A model generated the notes under the pieces. It saw only the letters and a list, made by a program, of their open reading frames with translations, did not search any database and was not told where the DNA came from. The position numbers were made by a program, and so were the translations under genes. From contig DCWQ01000021.1 in NCBI GenBank assembly GCA_002328185.1, forward strand, positions 31,452-95,451: a DNA stretch of 64,000 nucleotides. Reading direction: 5' to 3'. The stretch is from Dehalococcoidia bacterium UBA2158 (GTDB taxonomy: Bacteria; Chloroflexota; Dehalococcoidia; Lucifugimonadales; UBA3495). This document shows, piece by piece, positions 20,323 to 29,448 of this stretch; the first letter of the stretch is position 1; every line of letters begins with the position of its first letter.

Positions 20323-21333
20323 ATGTCCCAGGAAACACCCCAGGGATTCATAGACGTCCACGCCCACATCGCACCTACGAGCTTCTTGAAAGAGGCGCAG
20401 AAGTCCGCCAAGGCCTTCGGGGTGCAGGTCGAGGAGACCGACGCCGGCCACGCCCTGACATTTCCCGGTTTGCCCACTCTCCGGGCGGCGGGCGGCAATC
20501 TGTCGGATCTTGTGGCACGTAGCGAATGGATGCAAGAGCAGGGAGTGGGATCTCAATACATCGCCGCTTGGCTGGACATCCAGGGCTACACCATGGCTCC
20601 CGACAAAGAGGCCGAATGGGTGCGGTTGTTGAACGAACACATGGTGCAGACGGCCAAGGACGGCGGCCCTGCCTTCCGGACCATCGCCGCGGTGCCCATG
20701 CAGGACGGCGAGCGGGCGGCGCGGGAACTGGAGTACGCCGTGAAGACGCTGGGTATGTTGGGAGTGATGCTCCCCAGCGACCCTGCCGACGTGGACGTGG
20801 CCGACCCCAGCCTGGAACCGTTCTGGGCCGCCGCTGAGGACCTGGATGTGCCGGTGATGCTCCACGGGGCCTCCCACAGCAAATGGCCGCTGGTGGGACC
20901 GAGCTTCATGGCCTTCAGCATGGGCCGAACCCTGGACACGACCATCTTGACCGCCAAGCTGATTCACTCTGGGCTTTTGGATAAGCATCCCAAGTTGAAG
21001 TTGATGCTCTGCCACGGCGGCGGGTCCCTACCCTTCCTGATCGGCCGCGTGGACGTGGCTTACCGGCGGGGGATGGAGAAGCTGACGGACCTCAAGAAAG
21101 ACGGCCCCGAAGACTACATGTCCATGCTCTACTACGACACAGTGACTGTTAATCCCCGCTCCCTGAAGCTTTTGCTGGACCTGGCCGGACCAGAGCACGT
21201 GCTCCTGGGTTCAGACTGGGTCTGGGCGGCTATGAGCGGCGGCCTGATGGACGCCGTGGGCCACGTGGGCCTGGACCAGGCAGACCAGGACCGCATCACC
21301 CGTGGGAACGCCCTCGATCTGTTCAAGGGGTAG
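20323..21333 (+). CDS. Amidohydrolase_2 family (ACMSD/aromatic decarboxylase-hydratase-like)
   Basis: IDVHAH, LCHGGGSLP, YYDT, LLGSDW; GGAGG RBS. Confidence 0.85.
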   Translation: MSQETPQGFIDVHAHIAPTSFLKEAQKSAKAFGVQVEETDAGHALTFPGLPTLRAAGGNLSDLVARSEWMQEQGVGSQYIAAWLDIQGYTMAPDKEAEWVRLLNEHMVQTAKDGGPAFRTIAAVPMQDGERAARELEYAVKTLGMLGVMLPSDPADVDVADPSLEPFWAAAEDLDVPVMLHGASHSKWPLVGPSFMAFSMGRTLDTTILTAKLIHSGLLDKHPKLKLMLCHGGGSLPFLIGRVDVAYRRGMEKLTDLKKDGPEDYMSMLYYDTVTVNPRSLKLLLDLAGPEHVLLGSDWVWAAMSGGLMDAVGHVGLDQADQDRITRGNALDLFKG

Positions 21334-21346
21334 GCTGCGTGCTTAG

Positions 21347-21387
21347 CCCCCTCTCCCATCCTTCCGTGGAAGGAGGAGATGGTTAGG
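21347..21387. repeat. REP-like palindrome
   Basis: cccctctcccatccttccgtggaaggaggagatgg, matches copy at 7305. Confidence 0.65.
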
Positions 21388-21455
21388 TCCGACGAAGTCG
21401 GAGGTGAGAGCGCCGGCTCCGGGCAAGTCATCCAAACAGCTGACAGCCATAGCTC

Positions 21456-21686
21456 ACCGTCTGCCTGAGATATTATCGTGGTGAGGGAATCCACCACAAT
21501 GACTCGGCAATCAGCCTGGTGAGCGATGTGCGCTTCTAGCTGACGCAGAAGTTTGTCGGGGGCGATCGAGCCTTGGGGAATGTTGAGCCGGCATATCTAC
21601 AGATGATTGAGCAGGCAGTAGTTACTTACATTTTCGCCCATACTGGACATCTGCCGCAAGAAACTCTGTACTGTTCGTTCCGATGA
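21456..21686 (-). pseudogene. flaH: Remnant of archaellum motor ATPase ArlH/FlaH (KaiC/RecA fold)
   Basis: SSERTVQSFLRQMSSMGENVSNYCLLNHL*ICRLNIP...DKLLRQLEAHI...CRVIVVDSLTTIISQAD, one frame across TAG at 21597-21599. Confidence 0.65.
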
Positions 21687-21777
21687 TCCCTTCCGTACCG
21701 GTAACACCTTTGCGGAGGCTTCGGAGAAGCAACGTTCGGGCGAGGTACGTGGTTCGCCGGGTCCGATCGATCGAGAA

Positions 21778-21993
21778 TCAGGCTTTAACCCACCGGCATT
21801 CTGGCTGGTGGCCGTGGGCGCCGTTGTCGGAGCAGGTGCAGGGGATATCTTCCCGCAGCTCGAAGCCGTGCTCCTGCAAGAAGGCATGAAACCCGAAGTA
21901 GAAGCCGTCGCCGTCATCGATTGAGTAGAACCCGGCTTGAAAGGCTTCTCTTAGTTGGTCGTGGCTGGGTTGCGAGGAGACTGAGGTCGCCAT
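21778..21993 (-). CDS. Small hypothetical protein with Cys/His cluster
   Basis: CTCSDNGAHGHQPEC; ATG overlaps stop of upstream gene. Confidence 0.65.
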   Translation of the reverse strand: MATSVSSQPSHDQLREAFQAGFYSIDDGDGFYFGFHAFLQEHGFELREDIPCTCSDNGAHGHQPECRWVKA

Positions 21994-22193
21994 TACTTAA
22001 GCACTTCCATGATGTCTTGCGCGAAGAACATGTCCTCGGTCCCGACCAGTGACGGGTCATCGGGGTGGATCACATATTTGGCGAAGACCCAAACGCCGTC
22101 TTTGGGGTTCTCCACCAGTTCGACAGTGGCCCCGGCGGTGGTGATCAGTTTGACCCCTTCTTCCAGGGTAATCAGGTTTACTATTTCAGCCAT
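21993..22193 (-). CDS. Small hypothetical protein
   Basis: GAGG RBS, protein-like composition, coupled to next ORF (TAATG). Confidence 0.65.
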   Translation of the reverse strand: MAEIVNLITLEEGVKLITTAGATVELVENPKDGVWVFAKYVIHPDDPSLVGTEDMFFAQDIMEVLK

Positions 22194-22290
22194 CTCAAAA
22201 CCTCTCGTTGCTCCGGCTAGCAGCGGTCCCGCTGAACTCCCATTACCGATGCGGTCGGATTCCAGGGTGAGCCGTTCCTAGAATCAAAAT

Positions 22291-22746
22291 ATGCGGTTAC
22301 GAAAACTTTTCTTTCCAGTATCGGCGATAATAGCATTATTGTTGGTAGCCTGCTCCTCAAGCAGCGGGGATGTCGCATCGGTGGCCCAGGTAAATGCACC
22401 TGACCCAAACGCCACGGCTGTGCCGGCGCCAACCGGCGAACCCGCGCGAACGGGTGAACCCACACAAGTCCCGGTTACCCACAAGCCGGTCCCGACGACT
22501 GAATCAGTGGCGCCAGACTCGGACCTGGCCGAGCACGTTTACTCGGATTATAGCCAAGAGGTTATCGACCATCCGAGCCGTTTGTTGTTTGGCACCGACT
22601 TCTTATCAGCCTGGCATTTTGAGGGCGCCGGAAACGACGTCATCATAGATTTCGCTCGGCGATTCATCGGGCTCCTACCTGAAGAACTTCAAGAGGATTT
22701 CGCCTACAAGAACGGCCTGTATGCGTTCAGAAAGCATCTGGACTAA
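22291..22746 (+). pseudogene. Lipoprotein with only the C-terminal end of an amidohydrolase domain (probable internal deletion)
   Basis: Lipobox LLVAC, Pro/Thr linker, then directly HPSRLLFGTDF...LPEELQEDFAYKNG. Confidence 0.55.
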
Positions 22747-22779
22747 TCCTGTCCAGCTGAAGCACCGTCTGAAAATCGT

Positions 22780-22804
22780 AAGGGCAGGTTTCTAACCTGC
22801 CCTT
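22780..22804. terminator. Hairpin between convergent genes
   Basis: aagggcaggtt-tct-aacctgccctt followed by T-run. Confidence 0.65.
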
Positions 22805-22947
22805 TTACTTTGCCGCGGCGCTTGTCGAAACGAAGGGGTCACCGATAAGAGGTAGGAGACTAATAGGCATTCGGGCGCGAGTGTGATTTACGAGTGCCAG
22901 GGGGGTGGAAACCCACCCCTACGGAGTTGGCGACAGAGGGTAGTTGC

Positions 22948-23493
22948 TTAGAAGAAGAACGTCAGGTTCTTGGCCAAGAGCACGTTCTGATCGAGGGTGA
23001 TCTTGCGCTCGGCGATCTTCCAGGCCCCGTCCACTTTTCTGAGGGTGTCTTCCCGCTTGCCGATGAGGAAGTCGGTTTCGGTCTCCACCCGGTTGCGGTA
23101 GACCAGGAACCGGCAACGCACTGATGCCTCGGTGGGGTCGGAGGCTGACGGCGTGGCATTCAAGAGCTGCACGTTGGTGATGAAATGGCGGATGCGGGAC
23201 AGAGGTTCCTCCGCCCAGTGGACGCCTGTCCGGATCTGCCTTACGCGACGATCCAGGGTGTCTTTGCCCTCGTCGAACCAGTTGATGTCCTGGCCTTCGC
23301 GGGTGAACTCCCGTTCCATCTCGTTGGACTTTACGTTGCGGCGCATGGGCATCCAATAACGGATGTCGTCGGTCAGCAGGTCCAGCCATTCCTCGAAGTT
23401 TCGTTCGTCCAGCAACTCTGCTTCGGCAAAGAGGAACTCTGAGACCTCTTCTTTGAGCAGAAGGTGGGCGATGGTTGATTCGGTTGTTGTCAT
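22948..23493 (-). CDS. Aromatic ring-hydroxylating dioxygenase beta subunit (HcaF/BphA2-like)
   Basis: FLFAEAELLD, YWMP, WAEEPLSR, REDTLR, LLAKNLTFFF. Confidence 0.93.
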   Translation of the reverse strand: MTTTESTIAHLLLKEEVSEFLFAEAELLDERNFEEWLDLLTDDIRYWMPMRRNVKSNEMEREFTREGQDINWFDEGKDTLDRRVRQIRTGVHWAEEPLSRIRHFITNVQLLNATPSASDPTEASVRCRFLVYRNRVETETDFLIGKREDTLRKVDGAWKIAERKITLDQNVLLAKNLTFFF

Positions 23494-23544
23494 GTTTTGG
23501 GGGCCTCCGTGGTTTTTGCGGTGTTATTTGACTGGACTTAAGCA

Positions 23545-23626
23545 GTGGTCCGACAGGCTCACCATGAGCGGAACCACCAACACCTTTCGCTAAATCAAAT
23601 TCGCTTATCCTGAGCCTGTCGAAGGA
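23545..23626. repeat. REP-like inverted pair (GGTTCGACAGGCTCACC / CCTGAGCCTGTCGAAGG family)
   Basis: Copies also at 31937, 37503, 38840, 44639. Confidence 0.75.
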
Positions 23627-23653
23627 CCGATGTCAGCAAGGGAGTTTCAGCTC

Positions 23654-25048
23654 TTAATGCCCCTTTCCGTTGCGCCAGGTGGCTAGGGTGTCCCAGTCGG
23701 GGGCGTTCATGAACTCGGACCATCGATTGTAGAAGCCGCGTTGGTTGTGCTCTGCTGCCTTGGCCGCTGTCACGTTCCTGATCTGGCCGGGCATCTCCAG
23801 GCCATCGGTGTCCACCGGCGGGCCGTCGAAGCCCATGCCCATCTGGTAGTTGTATGGGTAGCGCCGGGCGATGACTCCCTGGCTGGCGTTATGGGCGTAA
23901 TTCCAGTTCTCCATGTCGTCCTGCTCGGTTAAACCGGCGGGGCCGGAGTAGCTGATGTAGTAGTGGCGCAGGAACTCTTTGACCTCGACCGGGGCCTTCT
24001 TGTCGATCAAGAACCAGCGCCAGGCCTCGTGGCTGTTGGCGCCGCGGGGGTGCCAGGCAGAGATGGTGCGGGGTTGGCGGGGCAGGTACGACATGTTGGG
24101 GAACACGGTGCTGGGACCCGGGATCAACCGGGACCACTGACCGTAGTTCTTGCGGCGCTCTGCCTCACAGTGGGCGAAATACTCCGAGACGACCTTGGAA
24201 TGTTGGTAGCCAGGAATCACCCTGTCATCGGGGCGCAGGAAGGTGATGGTCCCGTGGCCGCGCTCCGGGAACGAGATGTCCAGGGCGGTTGCCCCCTCCC
24301 TCTCTTGATTGTCGCGCCGGCCGCTGCCGCTGGGGCCTTGGCCGACCATGTCGACGGAGCGGTGGCTGATGTTGTGGTAGCGGTCGCCGATGAAGTTCTC
24401 CGAGGGGAACTTCCAGTTACAGGGAATCACCCACTTCTCCACTCCGCCAAAGACCTCCACCTCTCCGCCGGCGCCATCCCAGGTGTCCAGCAGGAAATTC
24501 AGATAGGTCAGGAATCCGCCCATGTACTCCTCGAAGGATGGGGCATGCTTGTCCCAGGTGGCCCAGATCGAGCCATTGTAGTTGCGCATCTGGGCGACTT
24601 CCGGCAGTCCCCATTTGGACTTGTCCAGCTTCTCGTCATAGGCATCCTTGAAGTAGGGAACGCCGACCAAGGCGCCGTCGGTGGCGAAACTCCAACCGTG
24701 GTAGGGGCAACTGAACACCGGGGTGTTGCCCTCGTCGTACCGGCAGACCTTCATGCCCCGGTGGGTGCACGAGTTGAGGAAGACGCGGATCTCGCCTTTT
24801 CGGTCGCGGCAGAGGATCACCGATTCTTCGCCCATGGATGACACAAAGAAATCGCCGGGCTTGCTGACCTGGCTTTCGTGTCCGATGAACAGCCAAGCCC
24901 TGGCGAATAACCTTTCCTGCTCCTGGGCGTAGACCTCGGGGTTGACGAAGACATCCCGGCTGATGGTGCCAGCGTCCAGGTCGACCATCGATCCAAAACC
25001 GTTGCTGGCTTGTCCGTTTTTGCTACGGGGCTTACGGGCAGTCGCCAT
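23654..25048 (-). CDS. Rieske ring-hydroxylating dioxygenase alpha subunit
   Basis: CTHRG..CPYHGW Rieske motif; NWK..ENFIGDRYHNISH; EQDDMENW. Confidence 0.95.
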   Translation of the reverse strand: MATARKPRSKNGQASNGFGSMVDLDAGTISRDVFVNPEVYAQEQERLFARAWLFIGHESQVSKPGDFFVSSMGEESVILCRDRKGEIRVFLNSCTHRGMKVCRYDEGNTPVFSCPYHGWSFATDGALVGVPYFKDAYDEKLDKSKWGLPEVAQMRNYNGSIWATWDKHAPSFEEYMGGFLTYLNFLLDTWDGAGGEVEVFGGVEKWVIPCNWKFPSENFIGDRYHNISHRSVDMVGQGPSGSGRRDNQEREGATALDISFPERGHGTITFLRPDDRVIPGYQHSKVVSEYFAHCEAERRKNYGQWSRLIPGPSTVFPNMSYLPRQPRTISAWHPRGANSHEAWRWFLIDKKAPVEVKEFLRHYYISYSGPAGLTEQDDMENWNYAHNASQGVIARRYPYNYQMGMGFDGPPVDTDGLEMPGQIRNVTAAKAAEHNQRGFYNRWSEFMNAPDWDTLATWRNGKGH

Positions 25049-25104
25049 GTTGGGTCGCCTCCTTAAGATACGGGAGATTCGGGCAAGATTATTTACTATT
25101 CGAA

Positions 25105-25995
25105 TTAAGTGGTGCGCGGGGACTTGGAACGGACTTCGGCGCTGGCCATTTGCTCCAGGATGCGCGCTACCACCGGGTAACCTTCTTGGCCTAAACCCTG
25201 GGCCTGGGCCCGCTGCAGCACGTCGTCGACAATGTCTCCGATGCGGGATGGGGCCTGCACGTCCCGGGCCAGTTGGCAGGCGAGATGCAGGTCTTTGGCA
25301 ACGATGTCTAGGGTCCCGTTGGAGGCGAAGGTGCCGTCTAGGACCACGTCCATCGAGCGGGCCATGACGCCGCTAGCTGAGGCGCTGATGGGGATCAACT
25401 TGGCGAGGATGTCCATGTCGAGACCGGCTTTGGCCCCGATGAGCATCCCTTCGATTCCGGCGATGAAGTTGGAGTAACCCAGATATTGGGTGACCAGCTT
25501 GGCCGTGCTGCCAGAGGCGGTGCCTCCGACATATATTACGTCTTTACCCATGGTTTCCAGCACAGCCCGGTGCCTCTCGAAAACAGACGGGTCGCCGCCG
25601 ACCATCATTGTCATGTTGGGGATGCGGCCGCTAACCGGAGAGTCCAGCATATCGATGCCGCGTTGCTTGCAGGCCGCGGCTAGCTTGTGGATCACGGTGG
25701 GAGAATTGGTGGTGGTGTCCACCCAGACCCCGCCGGTTTTCAGTCCTGCCAGGATGCCTGTGTCCGGGTCAGTGAGCACGCTTTCGGCCTCCACCGGACC
25801 GGGCAGCGAGGTAAAAACCACCTCGCTGTTCTCGGCCAATTCACGGGGGGTATCGGCCCAGTTGGCGCCCATCTCGCACAGATTGGTGGCCGACTCGCGG
25901 CGCATGTCAAAGACGGTGACTGCGTGTCCCACTTCGATCAGGGCCTTGGCCATGGGGTTGCCCATGGTCCCGGTGCCGATATAGCCTAGCTTCAT
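25105..25995 (-). CDS. Beta-hydroxyacid dehydrogenase family (3-hydroxyisobutyrate/6PGD-like) oxidoreductase
   Basis: GYIGTGTMG, DSPVSG, TAKLV (catalytic Lys), KDL. Confidence 0.88.
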   Translation of the reverse strand: MKLGYIGTGTMGNPMAKALIEVGHAVTVFDMRRESATNLCEMGANWADTPRELAENSEVVFTSLPGPVEAESVLTDPDTGILAGLKTGGVWVDTTTNSPTVIHKLAAACKQRGIDMLDSPVSGRIPNMTMMVGGDPSVFERHRAVLETMGKDVIYVGGTASGSTAKLVTQYLGYSNFIAGIEGMLIGAKAGLDMDILAKLIPISASASGVMARSMDVVLDGTFASNGTLDIVAKDLHLACQLARDVQAPSRIGDIVDDVLQRAQAQGLGQEGYPVVARILEQMASAEVRSKSPRTT

Positions 25996-26023
25996 TTACG
26001 TGTTCTCCCGGTATTTGGTGATA

Positions 26024-26890
26024 TTACTTGGCGGCTACTGGAGTCGGAGCGCGGTGGCCCCAGATGCTGCCCTTCTCGTGGCGCTGTACCTGCCAGGTGG
26101 CGTCGTCCACGGTGCGGGCGCCCCAGCCGTACTCAACGTCGAAACCGGACGGTGTCTTCATGTAGAACGAGGTCATGTGGTCGTTGGTATGGCGGCCCAG
26201 ACCACGGGTCAGGGGAATCTCGTTATCCAGCACCATGTCGTAAGTGGCACCCACTTCGTTCATGGACTCAGTCTGGAGCATGAAGTGGTTCAGCTTCTTG
26301 GGGGCTTTGGCCTCGATCAGCGCCAGGGAATGGTGGCGAGGGTTGCAATGGAAGAAGGCCAGGTTTCGGATGAAGTCGCTGATCTTCATGCCTAGCACGT
26401 CGCGGTAGAACTTGACGGTCCGGTCCAGGTTTTCGACGTGGAAGACCACGTGGCCCAGACCTTGTTCGGCGGTCACGAAACCAACCGCCCGTGGCGAATT
26501 GAAAGGGCGCTCGAAGCTGATGGGTGGGCCCCAGAAGATCTCTGTGGGGGTGCCTTCTGGGTCGTCGAACTTGATCATGCCCTCGACACGTCGGGACTTG
26601 TTCTCGTCTTCGGTGCCGTCGGTTACCTCGATGCCGGCCTCGCGCAGTTGCTCGGCCATCTCCCGAAGGGCTGGTTCGTCGGTAACCTGCCAGCCGACGA
26701 ATTCAACGTCGTCCGTGCCCGTGGGCTGGATGATGAAGCGGTGGCTGTATTCGTCCATTCTCAGGGACAGGTTGCCATCGTCGTCGATGCCGTTGCTCTG
26801 AAGTCCCAAAACGTCAGTGGCGAAGTGTTCCCATTCCTCCATGTTGCTTACTCCGAGTCCTACGTATCCCAATTGTGTTACGGCGGTCAT
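26024..26890 (-). CDS. VOC-type extradiol dioxygenase (BphC/HsaC-like)
   Basis: LGYVGLGVS, GLGHVV, HCNPRHHS, NHFML, LGRHTNDHMTSFY..TPSGFDVEYG. Confidence 0.93.
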   Translation of the reverse strand: MTAVTQLGYVGLGVSNMEEWEHFATDVLGLQSNGIDDDGNLSLRMDEYSHRFIIQPTGTDDVEFVGWQVTDEPALREMAEQLREAGIEVTDGTEDENKSRRVEGMIKFDDPEGTPTEIFWGPPISFERPFNSPRAVGFVTAEQGLGHVVFHVENLDRTVKFYRDVLGMKISDFIRNLAFFHCNPRHHSLALIEAKAPKKLNHFMLQTESMNEVGATYDMVLDNEIPLTRGLGRHTNDHMTSFYMKTPSGFDVEYGWGARTVDDATWQVQRHEKGSIWGHRAPTPVAAK

Positions 26891-26914
26891 GTCACTCTCT
26901 CCTAATCTTTACAG

Positions 26915-28273
26915 CTAACTATTTTTCTTGTGTCTGTTCGATCTTCCCGTAGGGGCTAGGTCGGCCCAGCTTTTGGCGTCCATCATGGCAGCCCAGCGGC
27001 GGTAGAAGCCACGCTGGTTCTCCTCGCTGATGCGCTCGGTGACCACGCCGGGCAGTCCGCTGTCTTTGCGGGATATCCCGATGCCCATCTCATAATTGTA
27101 CGGCGTCCGGCGCGCGATGGCGCCCTTGCTGGCGTTGTGGGCGTAATTCCAGTTCTCCATGTCGTCTTGCTCGGTCATGCCGCCGGGGCCGGAGTAGCGG
27201 ATGTAGTAATGCCGCAGGACCTCTTTGACCTCGTCGGGGGTGTTCTTGTCGATCAGGAACCAGCGCCAGGCCTCGGTCAGGTCGGGCCCGCGGGGGTGCC
27301 ACATGGCGATGGAGCGGGGCTGGCGGGCCAGGTATGACATGTTCGGGAAAACCGTGCCCACCATGCCGATCAGGTTGGGCCGGTCGCCCAGGGACTCGCG
27401 CCGTTTGGCTTCCCGCCCCCGGAAATACTCTTCAACCACCAGGGTGTTGGTGTAGGTGGCGACCTGCGCCGTGTCCTTAGGTTGCATGTCGACCACAGCA
27501 GCGTGGCCCAATTCCGGGAAGGAGATGTTCAGGCGGGTGGCGGTGGAGATCTCGTTTCCGTCGCGCCGTCCCCGGCCGCTGGGGCCGATGTCGACCATGT
27601 CCACAGAGCGGTGGCTGATGTTGTGGTAGCCGTCTCCGGCGAAGTTCTCAGCGGCGAACTTCCAGTTGCTGGGCATGGTCCACTTCTGGACTCCGCCCAG
27701 AATCTCTGAACCGCCCTCGCTGCCATCGCGTCCGTCCAGGGCCAGGTCCAAGAACATTTTCATGTCGCCCAGATAATCGAGGAAGGGTGGCGCTTTCTTG
27801 TCCCATGAACCCCAGATGCTGCCCTTGTAGTTGTACATCTGGGGGACTTCGGGCAAACCCCACTTGGACTTGTCCAGCTTCTCGTTATAGGCGTCTTTGA
27901 AGTATGGGACGCCCACCAGTTTACCGTCAGTGGCGAAGCTCCAGCCGTGGTAGGGACAGGAGAAAACGGGAGAGTTCCCTTCGTCGTAGCGGCAGACCTT
28001 CATGCCCCGGTGTGTGCATGAGTTGAGGAAGATGTGGACCTCGCCCTGGCGGTCTCGGCAAAGGATCACCGATTCCTCGCCCATGGACGAAACGAAGTAA
28101 TCTCCCGGCTTCGTCACCTGGCTCTCGTGGCCAACAAAGAGCCACGCCTGGGCAAATATCTGTTCCTGCTCTTGGCGGTAGATGTCTTCGTTGACGAAGA
28201 TCTCGCGGCTGACGCTTCCGGAGTCGACATCGACGATTCGGCTAAAGGCGCCTGGTTTGGTTTTCGTGGCCAC
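26915..28273 (-). CDS. Rieske ring-hydroxylating dioxygenase alpha subunit, paralogue of 23654-25048
   Basis: CTHRG..CPYHGW; ENFAGDGYHNISH; EQDDMENW; GTG start inferred. Confidence 0.95.
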   Translation of the reverse strand: MATKTKPGAFSRIVDVDSGSVSREIFVNEDIYRQEQEQIFAQAWLFVGHESQVTKPGDYFVSSMGEESVILCRDRQGEVHIFLNSCTHRGMKVCRYDEGNSPVFSCPYHGWSFATDGKLVGVPYFKDAYNEKLDKSKWGLPEVPQMYNYKGSIWGSWDKKAPPFLDYLGDMKMFLDLALDGRDGSEGGSEILGGVQKWTMPSNWKFAAENFAGDGYHNISHRSVDMVDIGPSGRGRRDGNEISTATRLNISFPELGHAAVVDMQPKDTAQVATYTNTLVVEEYFRGREAKRRESLGDRPNLIGMVGTVFPNMSYLARQPRSIAMWHPRGPDLTEAWRWFLIDKNTPDEVKEVLRHYYIRYSGPGGMTEQDDMENWNYAHNASKGAIARRTPYNYEMGIGISRKDSGLPGVVTERISEENQRGFYRRWAAMMDAKSWADLAPTGRSNRHKKNS

Positions 28274-28532
28274 GAATTCCACTCTCCGTAACAATATGCT
28301 GGCAGGCAGGGATTGGATAGGGGTTTTTCACGGGAACTTTTGGGTGGCTGATTGCCGGAAAATCGCTCCCGACAGTATACCGCAACCGCGGTTTCGACTG
28401 CGACGGAGTGTGGAAGGGCGATCGGCCTTTAGCCGGAACCGGTTTTGGGCAATAGAGAACCCAGGCCCGATCATTCGGGCCGGGGGGTGATGCGTTCGGG
28501 GTCGAGGCAAGATCCCGTTCGCTTGATGCTGA

Positions 28533-29318
28533 CTCATTCACGAACAGGTGGTTGCCATCGGTCCGGTTGTGGATGGTCTCCAGGGCGTCGTCCGGCAGGG
28601 TCACACCGGCGTTGGCCTGGACGAACTCACCCATTTCCTGCTGCGTGAGACCGTCTAAGTGGACGCGCCGGTAGTGTCTTTTCCTGACAAGGTTTCCCAG
28701 TGTCTGTGATAGGGAATGGCTGCCGGTTATCTCAACGTCGCGGTAGGTTCCAAGGATCAGAAGAGGGCTGTTGGCGATCTCTCTGACCAGAAACTCCAAC
28801 ATCAGCAGCGATGAAGAGTTGGCCCAATGTAGGTTATCCAACACGAATTTCAGGGGTTGGCTCTGAGCGACGTTCTTTAGAAAAGTTGCCACTGAATCAA
28901 AGAGCCGGAACCTGGCTTGCTGCGGCTCGGCGGCCACGGCTTGGCTTAAGTTGGGCAATCTGCCCCTTAGTTCGGGGACGATCTCAGCGATCGACGTTAC
29001 TCCGGAGCCCATCTGTGAGGCCAATAGTTCTGCGTCTGCGGTCTCAACGTAGGCCCGGATGGGGTGAACGTAAGGCCAATAGGGCGGAACGCCGACATGT
29101 TCGTAGCACCAGCACCGCATCACCTGGACGCCCAGAGTTTCCGCACGGGAGGACAACTCTTACGCCAGGCGGGTCTTGCCTATGCCCGGCTCTCCGGCCA
29201 GCATCACCATCTGTCCCCTGCCGGCCAACGCTTCGTCCAAGGCAGCAGTTAGCATACCCAACTCTGATTGGCGGCCGATGAACCCTGATTCTCGGGATTC
29301 GCTGTTCGACAATTCCAC
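28533..29318 (-). pseudogene. Truncated AAA_16/STAND-type ATPase (LuxR/MalT or cyclase-associated)
   Basis: FIGRQSEL...GEPGIGKTRLA*ELSS (TAA 29160-29162), VLDNLHWAN, LGTYRD, GNHLFVNE, then similarity is lost. Confidence 0.8.
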
Positions 29319-29387
29319 GCACCCCTATCTTAAGCTGGGCACATATTACGACGAATCGGTGAGCTTCTGCCGGATTCGGTGGCACCA

Positions 29388-29425
29388 TAAAAAGACGGCC
29401 CCTACTGGCAGCAGGGGCCGTCTTT
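29388..29425 (-). terminator. Rho-independent terminator
   Basis: aaagacggcccct..aggggccgtcttt stem with T-run on minus strand after amidohydrolase. Confidence 0.8.
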
Positions 29426-29448
29426 GAGCTCAATCTAGATGGGAAGGA

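Noticed and set aside
28242-28532. C-terminal part of the 304-aa ORF 28242-29156
   Set aside because: Run-on into intergenic sequence after truncation of the AAA ATPase; no recognisable motifs
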